Positions 17,901-24,648 of a stretch of DNA of 64,000 bases are shown piece by piece. The DNA comes from Deltaproteobacteria bacterium (lineage in GTDB: Bacteria; Myxococcota; XYA12-FULL-58-9): positions 12,177 to 76,176 of the forward strand of contig JACRCV010000034.1 in the NCBI GenBank assembly GCA_016218825.1. The letters run 5' to 3'. Under the pieces are notes generated by a model. The model was not told where the DNA came from. It was given only the letters and a program-made list of their open reading frames with translations, and ran no database searches. Position 1 is the first letter of the stretch. Every line of letters begins with the position of its first letter. Made by a program: the position numbers and the translations under genes.

Positions 17901-19498
17901 TGTTGACCCGCCTGAACGACGCGCCGCGCGCGACGACGATGCTGGAGCGTGCCGTCGAGTCGAGCCCGAACGACGTCGGTCTGCAACGGCAGCTGTTGTC
18001 GCTGCACGAGGAGCACGGCGACTGGCGCAAGTTCTTGGTGGTCGCCGAGCGGTTGCTGGCGCGGACCAAAGAAGACGAGCTCGACGCCCACTTCTTCGTC
18101 AAGCTGGCGCGTGCCTACTTCGAGGCCGCCGAGGACGTCGAGCGCGCCACCGAGTTCTACGGCAAGGCGTTGGCGAAGAGCCCGAACGATCCGGGCATCG
18201 CCGCCGACTTCGCCACCTTCGCGAAAGCGCACGGTGACTTCGCGACCTACGTCGAGGTCGAGCAGCGGGCGATCGCGCTGGCGCACGACGTCGACGAGCA
18301 GATCGGACGCTACCAAGAGGTCGCCGACGTCTGCCTGCACCAGCTGAAGGACCCCCAGAAGGCGGCGGCGGCGCTCTACAAGGCGCTCGCCATCCGGCCG
18401 AACGATCCGGAGATCACCCGGGCGCTCGCCAACACCTATGCGCTCGACCCGCGGTCGTACGCGCAGGCCGCGGACATGTACCGCGCCTTGATCCAGCTCG
18501 ACCCGCTCGACGTTCAGACCCTGCGGATCTTGGCGCGGCTGCACGGCCAGATGGGCGAGAACGACCGCGCCTACGGCTACTATGCCGCGCTGATGGCGAT
18601 CACCCCGAGCGACGACGAGGCCAAGCGCTTCGTCGCCGCCTGCCGCCCCGCGGTGCCGCCCGGGCCGCAGCGGGCGCTCGCCGACGCCGACCGGGTGCAG
18701 GGCCTGATTCACCCCGATCAGAGCGGGCCGATCGAGGAGCTGTTCGCGCCGCTGGCGCGCTTCGCCGAGCTCACCCACCCCGGCAACCTCGCGGCGCTGG
18801 GCGTCACCGAGCGCGATGTGCTGCCGGCGACCGACCCGCGCTTGCAGTGGTTGAAGCGGGTGCTCGAGCCGCTCGGTCTGCCGCAGGTCTCGATCTACGT
18901 GCGCCGCGGCGGCGGCTTCGCGTGTCAGGTGGAGCTCGTCGGCGCCCCGACGATCGTCGTCGGCTCGACGTTGGCGACCGACGCCAGTGATCGGCAGCGC
19001 GCCTTCCTGGTGGCCCGGGCCGCGGAGCTCTACCGCACCGGCCACGCGCTGGTCGAGCAGCTCACGGTGCCGCAGCTGACCGCGGTGGTCGGTGCCTTGT
19101 GCCTGGCGATCAAGCCCGACAGCTCGCCGCCCGGCTGCACCGAGGACACGCCGCTGTGGGCGAACACCATCGCCGCGCCGATGACCGAGAACATCCGCGC
19201 CTCCCTCGCCGGCAAGGCGCAGGGCTACCTCGACGTCGGGGGTGAGGTGGACTTCGGCCGCTGGAAGTGGGGCTCGGTGGCGACCGCGGGGCGGGTGGCG
19301 ATGCTGTTGTCGTGTGACGTCGAGGAGGCGATCGCGGCGGTGCTGCGGCTGCGCGGCGTCGACGACGTGACCGACGACCAGCGGGCGGCGGTGATCCGCG
19401 AGCTGCCCGAGGCGCTCGATCTGCTCCGCTTCGCGAGCAGCGAGCCGTTCTTCAAGCTGCGCCAGACCCTCGGCCTGGCGCTGCGCCGCTCGAAGTAA
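8978..19498 (+). CDS. Giant (~3500 aa) TPR-repeat protein, AgmK-like myxobacterial type
   Basis: Uninterrupted ORF with GC3-biased codons and dozens of TPR-like helical repeats. C-terminal LIHP..FLVARA..AGRVAMLLSCD..LLRF..SEPFFKLRQTLGL domain is typical of myxobacterial giant TPR proteins. GGAGG RBS before GTG8978. Confidence 0.85.
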   Translation: MAGKSKPAGEKIEALPTLEGALGFSLSFISGHGLLSMRDKRMGPFEIKILELEIPDIAFPFDVTGGAERFKSRRCTLRHLVYGLDAEGLAAALKRTDLKAAGFHEIRAAIRDGYTEFTGRFAVGEHQADFTFRAALVVRSPEELNIVFFDTRVYGWLPVPSGLLPEYLRRGLDLQFLAGGRAGVWVVRPIEHLLRELLPRNGWKIPDTRHAGLVAAEAARGQIVFVGGPEGEPSPKQIAERAPPPAAIRAGEGIATFGTAEEALGRGNIQLAYQYFREAVDDDRGGRWARERLLQIGASDPELAVETRQLAEETLTEEPQNVQALLALAAIALRERSWGEAANRYSALAEIARTHKDRFDALAADLATADAAKPVDPGAALAAYERAAARARDSLSAHRSLLELRSVQGDWQGAALAGERLARLESDVIRRAEIYSALGHIYRAQLGDLKRARLHFERALRLAPNDPTALEGLAETYAARGEPARAASYLSRLAEQAEEAGETSRIVTLNLRLGEIWERWLADLESATSRYMRVLDVDPKNRTARLRLAKLAEDKGDVTRARTLYEDILAAEEERGDPEAVPDLVAAYTRLARVTFTTDGPTPEAIACLERAVELDPTNRAARDELGKVLQQRGEWSRLLHLLDETIRVSQTPAETRYARLQAATIELKERRDRDAAERYLLQILDLHPDDADALAMLVPLLEAGGDWVEVIDRLSAAAQATTEPERRAAHCLKLSAAHAQLGFDVEVQRRDLESALDANPFHHAAAEGLLALALTQQDPHRISRALQRLATAATSDAARSAALTRRGVLLWRELRQPAEAEPVLYEAVRADAGNSDAWLALADILEARKAGAECGVILNNALATPGLAKAVAGSLHRRLADLAAQADDADAQIQHLTAAIECGLVTDEVCERLVLVLSKRGDRRLAAEHLEAWAAAQSGDAADDMVLRAAEVRRSLGDMDQAATLLRRLFEGAGRRKVEAADLLERVAVERADPKGLTEALTFKVAVAPPDAVLGLLERLVAAQLAASDVSAAEQTCARLLTLEPASPAAHRTMATIQEDRGEWQKAIDHYWQLLIETKRDRQDRNERRKAFERAAALVREIEPALLATLREAFDVEFPEAPPSALDRSLGDLLRAESKWQPLFELRRRQIQTASPQQAVTYRREAAEILHRHLGQSEKAIPYYQDVIAARPNDFQARAALVEVFTGLGRWGDLASLLFAMSQMVAEQADAIDYALHSAEIYADKVGDRATAIQVLNALTGVADTTGNARFAAALRKLGMTAELADYLEAAVAKSPDPEDPQFTELVGLLGGPLNDVARAVLWCERMSEAYPGAERPRRTLIDILKANPKAGSIDKALRAWAQALAGKPRARVLVELAEQVRQTGDERQALAVMAEAVEADPSSEQLLNHLVERYTARGEWDQVRTWLDRLAFATEPGAEREQRLRRLLEVATDYADSAEVAARALRALDHRTPAETRHLAQLFAQLGNIEGLGELGDVFDVLDRDTTLLVAKRLVAQGRLDEARRYLDAGIDKGGALQAWEIATEAWRAAGRLKDLGEWRFARAATASAEDRPLLQLLGRAELLEAGEVVAGAEAELMQELAAANLTNLASAWAVFSVAQSIGSQEWLDKAARSLEARLADSDPRFPRVLRARIDHELGRAHAAAAVPLARRLFEIDAATHEALYEKVLVAADETEALVALLGRRAETDAAAAPALWMQIAAIHIRHHAPARAGEALEHVAADARNTEWAKLALEVGALGPDPAMQAAGAQRMAVLAADPAAKAVWLRRYARIAWQDLKEVHAAKDALTEAQALLPLTTKAVLDEVAELHTHGKDAQAHQVLDEALAVLDGETSGVLWVERGELSLATGDAARALASLSRANEVVGGDAALWQRVGDLAAGLEEAELALKAFARAFEIDHEREQPYLEALKRAAEWDKLAAVLESRADDLAREPGAERLMAAAAIVRTHLDDSARALALMERATKLAPTIDNLRVTFKLAVELDRGSVVAALGPALLKRLPATDAEREAVLHRLVASLERLGLTADARPALEELRARKVATAEETLLLAQLLTDDDPVVAAGLLEDAAQGSRGAERGVRLFAAARARVAAKQTPLAVPLLTQAIADGVDAVEAHRLAVEILPGEARLKSVARLLAQGGDQGLEATVRAELRLELATDRLARGDADSAYTLLAELTQFAKPAAWAPTYEQALRALHKERELAELWLDAAAPSTWRGNDYLSRVREAASIFARLEDVLGELRALQTLGRLLPDDAEVQSRLVEVAAALGDKDQFAAHVRQEMESAKTPEARSGVALRYASVFKDRFEDLEAAAALLEQAYHQAPTAGLAKTLAATLVAAKEPVRAVSVLVEQVERETGVVQLRLLGIAAGIAATDANEAASAYALYHRIFDIDPTQVEAQKFCLAYSLEAEHWEDAIDVLERTAAVSKDPRAVYAELVRAADLARDELKDEKRELHLLEAAVEACPTEAEGVTRLVAKLLKHKDLDGALGLVLGGHVEAESELPMGMELLAALRRQQRSAEADHLLDFLAGRHPESTLGSEARLKNARASGDHATALRELKVQLTHSDALSAEELARLLAEAGRAAHALGDAAAALTYVTNAITTGDTEVASLRLAFELADELADTERLHLVMSRAAARRAEIAEHADGATGIERDHWRFLLARACETAGALDPAIAAYEAVSSDAPAAVLNGVLRGLERLYEKKNDWQKLAMLLNRRAAALEDSPTRAEIYHRMGVIWQHHLIDEERAGDCFALSLRADSSYGPAQLAYGLLLYQRNQFDLALALLSKCLEVADPATSTAELMALADCMRQTQAYDDALTVTAEILRREPKRTEILASRAEMLESLKRPAEAAVEWKRYLMAMGSGAPASQAAQVRRRLASLALAGDDQDAAVRELEEAHQLQSDDIEVIVSLRELYEKTQRWAEAVEMRVREAAIADDAEVRTGHYKTLAAILLTRLNDAPRATTMLERAVESSPNDVGLQRQLLSLHEEHGDWRKFLVVAERLLARTKEDELDAHFFVKLARAYFEAAEDVERATEFYGKALAKSPNDPGIAADFATFAKAHGDFATYVEVEQRAIALAHDVDEQIGRYQEVADVCLHQLKDPQKAAAALYKALAIRPNDPEITRALANTYALDPRSYAQAADMYRALIQLDPLDVQTLRILARLHGQMGENDRAYGYYAALMAITPSDDEAKRFVAACRPAVPPGPQRALADADRVQGLIHPDQSGPIEELFAPLARFAELTHPGNLAALGVTERDVLPATDPRLQWLKRVLEPLGLPQVSIYVRRGGGFACQVELVGAPTIVVGSTLATDASDRQRAFLVARAAELYRTGHALVEQLTVPQLTAVVGALCLAIKPDSSPPGCTEDTPLWANTIAAPMTENIRASLAGKAQGYLDVGGEVDFGRWKWGSVATAGRVAMLLSCDVEEAIAAVLRLRGVDDVTDDQRAAVIRELPEALDLLRFASSEPFFKLRQTLGLALRRSK

Positions 19499-20224
19499 TC
19501 AGTTCAGCCGGTGGTCCTTGGGCGGTACGACGTAGAAGCCGCGGCGTCTTCGTCGCAGCAGGTAGAGGCGGACAAAGTCGACGAGGCGCTGCGGCCGCCA
19601 CATGCCGGTCACCAGCAGGTAGCCCATCAGCATGCCGGCGAGCGTCATCGAGAGGTCGGCGGCGCCGGTGTAGATCCCCTGGATGATCTCGTAGCCCAGG
19701 ACCACGAGGATCATCGTCCGCGCCCGCATTGGAAACACGAAGAACAAGACGTTGGCGTCGGGCATGCGGTACGCCATCGCGACCAGCATCGCGTTGATGG
19801 CCGGCCCGGGGCCTTCGGCGGCGCCGACGTCGGAGAACGGCATGATCAAGCTCAACACGAAGCTCAGCGGGATGGCGAGGACGGCGGCGCCGAGGCAGCT
19901 GGTCGCGAAGAAGCGCACGTAGTCGTGGCGGCCGTAGGTGGCCTCGAACCAGCCGCCGAACATCCACAGCACCACCAGGCCGATCAAGAAGCCGAACGCC
20001 GTGCTCTCCACGAACGGGAAGGTCAGGAAGCGCCAGAGCTCGAGATCGAGCACCGCGTCGACCTGGAAGCGCAGCAGCTCGAGGCCGACGCCGGTCTGGC
20101 GCCCGACGACGGCGCCAACCAGCGACACGACGGCGAGCAGGCCGCACAACACCATGGTGACCGGAATCGCGCGGGGTGGCGGGAGGCCGAAGCCCCCGGA
20201 GGCGAACGCGGGACGAGACGGCAT
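19499..20224 (-). CDS. Rhomboid-superfamily membrane protein, catalytic Ser/His apparently absent
   Basis: ELWRFLTFPF, LWMFGGWFEATYG, PDANVLFFVFPMRAR. GxSG is replaced by EGPG and AHLGG by MTLAG. Confidence 0.8.
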   Translation of the reverse strand: MPSRPAFASGGFGLPPPRAIPVTMVLCGLLAVVSLVGAVVGRQTGVGLELLRFQVDAVLDLELWRFLTFPFVESTAFGFLIGLVVLWMFGGWFEATYGRHDYVRFFATSCLGAAVLAIPLSFVLSLIMPFSDVGAAEGPGPAINAMLVAMAYRMPDANVLFFVFPMRARTMILVVLGYEIIQGIYTGAADLSMTLAGMLMGYLLVTGMWRPQRLVDFVRLYLLRRRRRGFYVVPPKDHRLN

Positions 20225-20229
20225 GAGGT

Positions 20230-20424
20230 CTAGTCGCCTCCTGTGGCGCCGGTCGGCTGACCACCATCGCTAACCGACAAGGTGGGCCCGGGGGTCGGCG
20301 CTGTCATCGGCGGTGCCTCTGGGCGTGGTGGTCGAGGCGGTCCGGCGGCGCCGCACCAGCAGGCGGGCAACAACGCCGCGACGACGAACAGAGGCACGAG
20401 CCAACGCCGAGCACGCATGCGCAT
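20230..20424 (-). CDS. Small putative lipoprotein (Pro-rich)
   Basis: Arg-rich N-terminus, hydrophobic stretch, LPAC lipobox-like; directly upstream of the rhomboid gene. Confidence 0.35.
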   Translation of the reverse strand: MRMRARRWLVPLFVVAALLPACWCGAAGPPRPPRPEAPPMTAPTPGPTLSVSDGGQPTGATGGD

Positions 20425-20501
20425 CTGATTGCCAACGGCGTCGCGGCTGTCAAGCGCGTCGTTGACATCGGTCGCATGGCATACTTAATGAGCTTGGGTT
20501 C

Positions 20502-20587
20502 GCGAGCGTGGCGGAATTGGCAGACGCGCTGGACTTAGGATCCAGTGGGCAAAACCCATGAGGGTTCGAGTCCCTCCGCTCGCACCA
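20502..20587 (+). tRNA. tRNA-Leu(TAG)
   Basis: GCGAGCG/CGCTCGC acceptor, A discriminator + CCA, GGAATTGGCAGAC D-arm, CTGGA-CTTAGGA-TCCAG anticodon arm, long variable arm, GTTCGAGTC. Confidence 0.97.
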
Positions 20588-20780
20588 CGCAAACCCGAAA
20601 TCGACACGAGCCTGACGTCGGCGAGTGGAGGGCGAGGACCCTCATCGCGGCCGCGGGCCGGCGAGTCAGCAGAGGCGGAACGCCGGCAGCCGCCGCGGAC
20701 GCACGCCGGTGAGTCCCTCCGCTCGCACCACGCAAACCCGAAATCGACACGAGCCTGACGTCGGCGAGTGGAGGGCGAGG
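20568..20780 (+). repeat. tRNA-linked repeat (RtT-like) at tRNA-Leu: 70-bp direct repeat with 143-bp period
   Basis: 20568-20637 = 20711-20780. The unit contains an inverted copy of the tRNA 3' end (GCGAGTGGAGGGCGAGGACCCTCAT) and ends in GAGTCCCTCCGCTCGCACCA. Confidence 0.9.
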
Positions 20781-20796
20781 CGAGCCCGACGTCGGT

Positions 20797-21288
20797 CTAT
20801 CGGGCGAGGCGGCGCGGCAGGCGCGGCTTTTTGAGGTCACCGGGGGGCGCGTGCGCCTTCTGCTCCGGCGACCACGGGTAGACGATCTCGTGGCGCCGAT
20901 AGCCGTCGACGAGCGACTCTACGAGGAGCTCGTGGTGGCCGAGCAGCTGGGTCTCCGGGAGCTCGAGCGCCTGCAGGATCCACTTGCAGATCGCCGGGAG
21001 CTCGTGGTTCGCGAACTGCCCCTGCTCGCGCGCCGAGAAGTCGGCGCGACGGACCGGATAGAGCTGCACCCGGGTCGCGCGGTCGCGGTCGAAGTGGACC
21101 GACGCGACCACGGTGCCGGTGAGGTGCGGCGGCTTCGCGCAACGCGGATCGAGCGCGAAGTGCGGCCGCAGACCGAAGTCGACGGTCAGGTCGGGGACCG
21201 CGGCGAGGCTGGCGCGCGCCTGCCTTCGCGTGCAAGGGAACGTTTCGGATTTCGGCAATGTTCGATGGACGTGGATCTTGACTGGCAT
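20797..21288 (-). CDS. Hypothetical protein
   Basis: ATG start, protein-like composition; fills the gap between the tRNA repeat and the next gene. Confidence 0.6.
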   Translation of the reverse strand: MPVKIHVHRTLPKSETFPCTRRQARASLAAVPDLTVDFGLRPHFALDPRCAKPPHLTGTVVASVHFDRDRATRVQLYPVRRADFSAREQGQFANHELPAICKWILQALELPETQLLGHHELLVESLVDGYRRHEIVYPWSPEQKAHAPPGDLKKPRLPRRLAR

Positions 21289-21421
21289 GGTCTACCCCCG
21301 CCGCGGCGAGTCAGCCGCGGCTGCGCCGGAGTATAGTACGGCAGGGCAAACGGTGCTCGTATCTTGCTGGGTGGGCCGCGGAGCGCCCGCTGATGTCCTC
21401 ACAACGAACGGAGCGACGCTC

Positions 21422-22114
21422 ATGTGGCCGATCTCTATCCTCTTCATCGTGCTCGTCATCTTCATCGGGGTCCGGACCGCAAGAGCCCGGGCTCGCAAGA
21501 TCAAGGCCAGCGTCGGCGAGCTGGCCGCGGCGCTCGGGTTCGAGGTGCTGCAGGGGCGCGAAGCGGTGCGGCGCATGATCCCGGAGGCGTCCGCGCCACG
21601 CGCGATGCAGGACTACGAGAAGCTTCCCGGCCCGCTCAGGCGACTCCTCGAGGCAGCGGTGGGGACCTTCTGTATCGCGGGTCGCGTCGACGGGGTGGCC
21701 GTCGTGATCTTCACCGTGTCGCGCGGCGGCGGGAAGTCCCAGACCACCTACACCGTCGTACGCGCCGACTACCCGACACCGCTCCCCATCGACGTGCGCA
21801 TCGCGCACGAAGGCACGCTCACCCGTTTGGGCAAGGCGCTGTTCGGCCTCAGCGACGTCGAGATCGGCGACCCGGAGTTTGACCGGGCCGTCCGCATCAA
21901 GGCCAAGGAGGCCGACGCCGGCCGCGCCAAGGTCCTGCTCGGCAGCACCAACACTCGCGCCGCGATCCTCCGGATGCTGGCGGTGTCCGAGTCGGCCTTC
22001 GCGACCCAGACGTACGCTCAATGGGAACGGCAGGGGCGGAGGTTCGACGTCGCCGAGATGCGGACCGTGATCGGGGCGCTGGTGCCGGTCGCGCGGGCGC
22101 TGTGCAAATCGTGA
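21422..22114 (+). CDS. Hypothetical N-terminally membrane-anchored protein
   Basis: GGAG before ATG21422, TM helix WPISILFIVLVIFIGV, DVEIGDPEFDRA motif. Confidence 0.7.
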   Translation: MWPISILFIVLVIFIGVRTARARARKIKASVGELAAALGFEVLQGREAVRRMIPEASAPRAMQDYEKLPGPLRRLLEAAVGTFCIAGRVDGVAVVIFTVSRGGGKSQTTYTVVRADYPTPLPIDVRIAHEGTLTRLGKALFGLSDVEIGDPEFDRAVRIKAKEADAGRAKVLLGSTNTRAAILRMLAVSESAFATQTYAQWERQGRRFDVAEMRTVIGALVPVARALCKS

Positions 22115-22226
22115 AGCGCCTTCGGGATCCGGGAGGCGGCGAGGGCCGGCAACCGCCGGTCCGGATTGACAACCACCGTCGGCCGGCGGCAGGAGGAGAC
22201 GATCTCTCGCGCGCGGGAGGCTGGCC

Positions 22227-23717
22227 TTGGAGCTGTTGATCCTGTCGTTCGCCCTGGTCGCGCTCTTGGCGCTGAACGCGTTCTTCGTGCTCTCGGAGTT
22301 CGCGATCGTCAAGGTGCGGCCGTCACGGGTCACGGAGCTCGCCGCCGTCGGGCACAAGCGGGCGCTGCTGCTCACCGACATCGAGGCGCACCTGGACGAA
22401 TACCTCAGCGTCTGTCAGGTCGGCATCACCCTGGCGAGCGTCGCCCTCGGCATGGTCGGCGAAAGGACCGCGGCAGTGATGATGGGCGAAGCAGCCGGGG
22501 GGAGCGCCCGCTACGTCGTCGCGATCGCGGTCTCCTACGTCCTGATCTCGGGCTCGCACATCCTCTTGGGCGAGCTGGTGCCCAAGTCGATCGCCATCCG
22601 CGTCGCCGATCGCGCCGCGCTCGCCTGCGCGCTGCCGTTGCGCTTCTTCCACCTGCTCTTCTTCCCGGCGCTCTGGCTCCTGACCATGCTCGCCAACGGC
22701 ATCCTGCGCCTGCTGCACTTCGGACGCCCGCAGAGCGGCGAGCAGCCCAGCGAGGGGGAGCTGCGTATCCTCCTCGACCAATCACAGGAGCGCGGCATGA
22801 TGTCCTTCCGCCGCCTGCTCATCATGGAAAACGTCTTCGACCTCGGCGTCCTGACGGCGCGGGACGCGATGCGACCGCGGGCGCAGGTGACGACGCTCGA
22901 CGCCAGACGTCCGTGGTCGGAGAACCGCAGCGTCATTCGCAGCGCGCAGCTCAGCCGCTATCCTCTGGTGGAGTCGGACGCCGGGCGACCCACGCGCTTC
23001 GTGCATTTGAAAGATCTTCTCCTCGGTGCGGCCGACGTCGCGCCGGACCTTCGCGCCATGGCGCGGCCGCTCTTGACGACCACGCAATCCACGCCCCTCG
23101 AGGCGCTGCTGTCGATCATGCAGCGCCGCCGCGTCCACATGGCGCTGGTGACGGACCGGAGCGGAGAGTGGACCGGCCTCGTGACCCTCGAGGACGTCAT
23201 GGAGGAGCTGGTCGGGACCATTCGCGACGAGTTCGGGGCCGCGGAGCCGATGTCCCTCGCCGACGCCCTCACCGTCGAGCGCATCCACCTCGAGGTCGAG
23301 GGCGAGTCGCCCGTCGCGGCGGTGGCGGCGGCACTCGGGCGCATGCGCCCCGAGGCGATCCCGCTCGCCGCCGCGCAGCTCCTCGCCGCGATCGAAGCGC
23401 GCGAACGTCTCGTCAGCACCTACCTCGGTCACGGCATCGGCATGCCGCACGCCCGCATCGACGGTTTGGCGCGGCCCTTCCTGATGCTCCTGCGCTCGAC
23501 TCGGGGCGTAGGCTACGCGGGCACCAGCGAGCGCGGGCGGCTGTTGTTCGTCCTCCTGACGCCGTCCGGACAGCCACACGTCCACCAACGCTTGCAGTCG
23601 ACCATCGCCGCGCTGTTGCACGAGAGCGAGTACGTCAGGGAGCGTCTGCTGACCGCGAGTTCGGCGGAGGAGCTCCTCGACGTGATCCGCACCGGGGAAC
23701 AGACCGCGGTCGGCTAG
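22227..23717 (+). CDS. CNNM/CorC-HlyC family metal transporter (DUF21 + CBS pair) fused to a C-terminal PTS EIIA domain
   Basis: NAFFVLSEFAIVKVR, QVGITLASVALG, GELVPKSIA, SRYPLV, GLVTLEDVMEELVG; C-terminal RERLVSTYLGHGIGMPHAR. GGGAGG RBS + TTG start. Confidence 0.92.
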   Translation: MELLILSFALVALLALNAFFVLSEFAIVKVRPSRVTELAAVGHKRALLLTDIEAHLDEYLSVCQVGITLASVALGMVGERTAAVMMGEAAGGSARYVVAIAVSYVLISGSHILLGELVPKSIAIRVADRAALACALPLRFFHLLFFPALWLLTMLANGILRLLHFGRPQSGEQPSEGELRILLDQSQERGMMSFRRLLIMENVFDLGVLTARDAMRPRAQVTTLDARRPWSENRSVIRSAQLSRYPLVESDAGRPTRFVHLKDLLLGAADVAPDLRAMARPLLTTTQSTPLEALLSIMQRRRVHMALVTDRSGEWTGLVTLEDVMEELVGTIRDEFGAAEPMSLADALTVERIHLEVEGESPVAAVAAALGRMRPEAIPLAAAQLLAAIEARERLVSTYLGHGIGMPHARIDGLARPFLMLLRSTRGVGYAGTSERGRLLFVLLTPSGQPHVHQRLQSTIAALLHESEYVRERLLTASSAEELLDVIRTGEQTAVG

Positions 23718-23842
23718 ACGAGAAGGCGCCGCGCAGCTGGCTTTGCCAGTGCAAGGCGCGGGGGTTCGGGGGGACGCAGAGCCGGCGCTGTGTGTCGCAG
23801 GTCGTGCTCGGCCTTGATGCCGGCGGGCGGTCCCCCCGCTAG

Positions 23843-24421
23843 CTAGAACTCTAGCTCGCGCGGATCGTCGTCGTCGTTGCTCTCGTAGTTTTCGCCGGCC
23901 TCGTTGCCGTAGTAGGCGACGTAGGTGTGGCGCTCGATGCGGTAGGCGGCTTCTTTCTTGAGGTCGACGCCGGGCAGGGTTTCGTCTTCGTAGGGGTCGA
24001 AGCCGCCCTCGACGAGCATGTCGTGCTTCTTCTGGTCGATGGGCTGCGGCATGTAGAACCACAGGGCGTCGTCTTCGGTCTCGGTGAAGAAGCCGTGGAC
24101 GATTTGAATGATCGCGTCGCGCGCGGTCTCGAGGTCTTCGACTTTCTCGTCGAAGAAGTAGACGAAGACGAACGGCTGGCCCGAATAGCCGACGACGCCG
24201 GCGTAGCCGGTGGCCTTGTCTTTGCCTTCGGGGAAGATCTCCCACACCCAAAGGGTCTCGTCGATCAAGTCGGAGCGCAGCTCTTTGAGCTGGGGTGGCT
24301 GGCGCCGGCCGGCAGAGAAGTACAGCCGCGGCTCTTGGAAGCGCTTGTGGAGCTCGCCGACCTTCTTGTCGTCCAGGCGCTTGAGCGTGGCTAGAGCGCC
24401 TTCGAGTGTCTCGCCGACCAC
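23843..24421 (-). CDS. Acidic hypothetical protein, possible GNAT (RimJ-like) fold
   Basis: GGAGGG RBS before GTG24421. Pattern LEG..ATLKRL..WVWEI....KATGYAGV...ARDAIIQIVHGFF...MLVEGGF resembles GNAT topology. Confidence 0.6.
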   Translation of the reverse strand: MVGETLEGALATLKRLDDKKVGELHKRFQEPRLYFSAGRRQPPQLKELRSDLIDETLWVWEIFPEGKDKATGYAGVVGYSGQPFVFVYFFDEKVEDLETARDAIIQIVHGFFTETEDDALWFYMPQPIDQKKHDMLVEGGFDPYEDETLPGVDLKKEAAYRIERHTYVAYYGNEAGENYESNDDDDPRELEF

Positions 24422-24565
24422 GTCGCCCTCCGGCGCAAACAACTCCGGCACCGTAGCACGGTGGGCGCCGGAGGAACAACTGCCGTTGCCGTGGTTCTTG
24501 CCATGTTCCCGAGGGGTTGGGTAGCATGCCGGGCAGAGAGCGCGGCATTCGAACCGCGCGCGCCC

Positions 24566-24580
24566 TGGCAACCTCTTTGG
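24566..24580 (+). promoter_or_regulatory. Possible sigma54-type promoter for the translocon-like operon
   Basis: TGGCAA-CCTCT-TTGG vs consensus TGGCAC-N5-TTGC; mismatch at the conserved -12 C. Confidence 0.25.
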
Positions 24581-24648
24581 GGGTCATCGGTGTAGATCTA
24601 GGGGTCTAGCGCGTGTCGTCAGGAGCCTTGGGGCTCGAGGAGACCAGC

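Noticed and set aside
10448-19045. Very long minus-strand ORFs (1350 aa and 1475 aa)
   Set aside because: Antisense shadows of the GC3-rich giant TPR gene.
20462-20490. Sigma70 promoter for tRNA-Leu
   Set aside because: TTGACA is present but no convincing -10 at 16-18 bp spacing, so it was not called.
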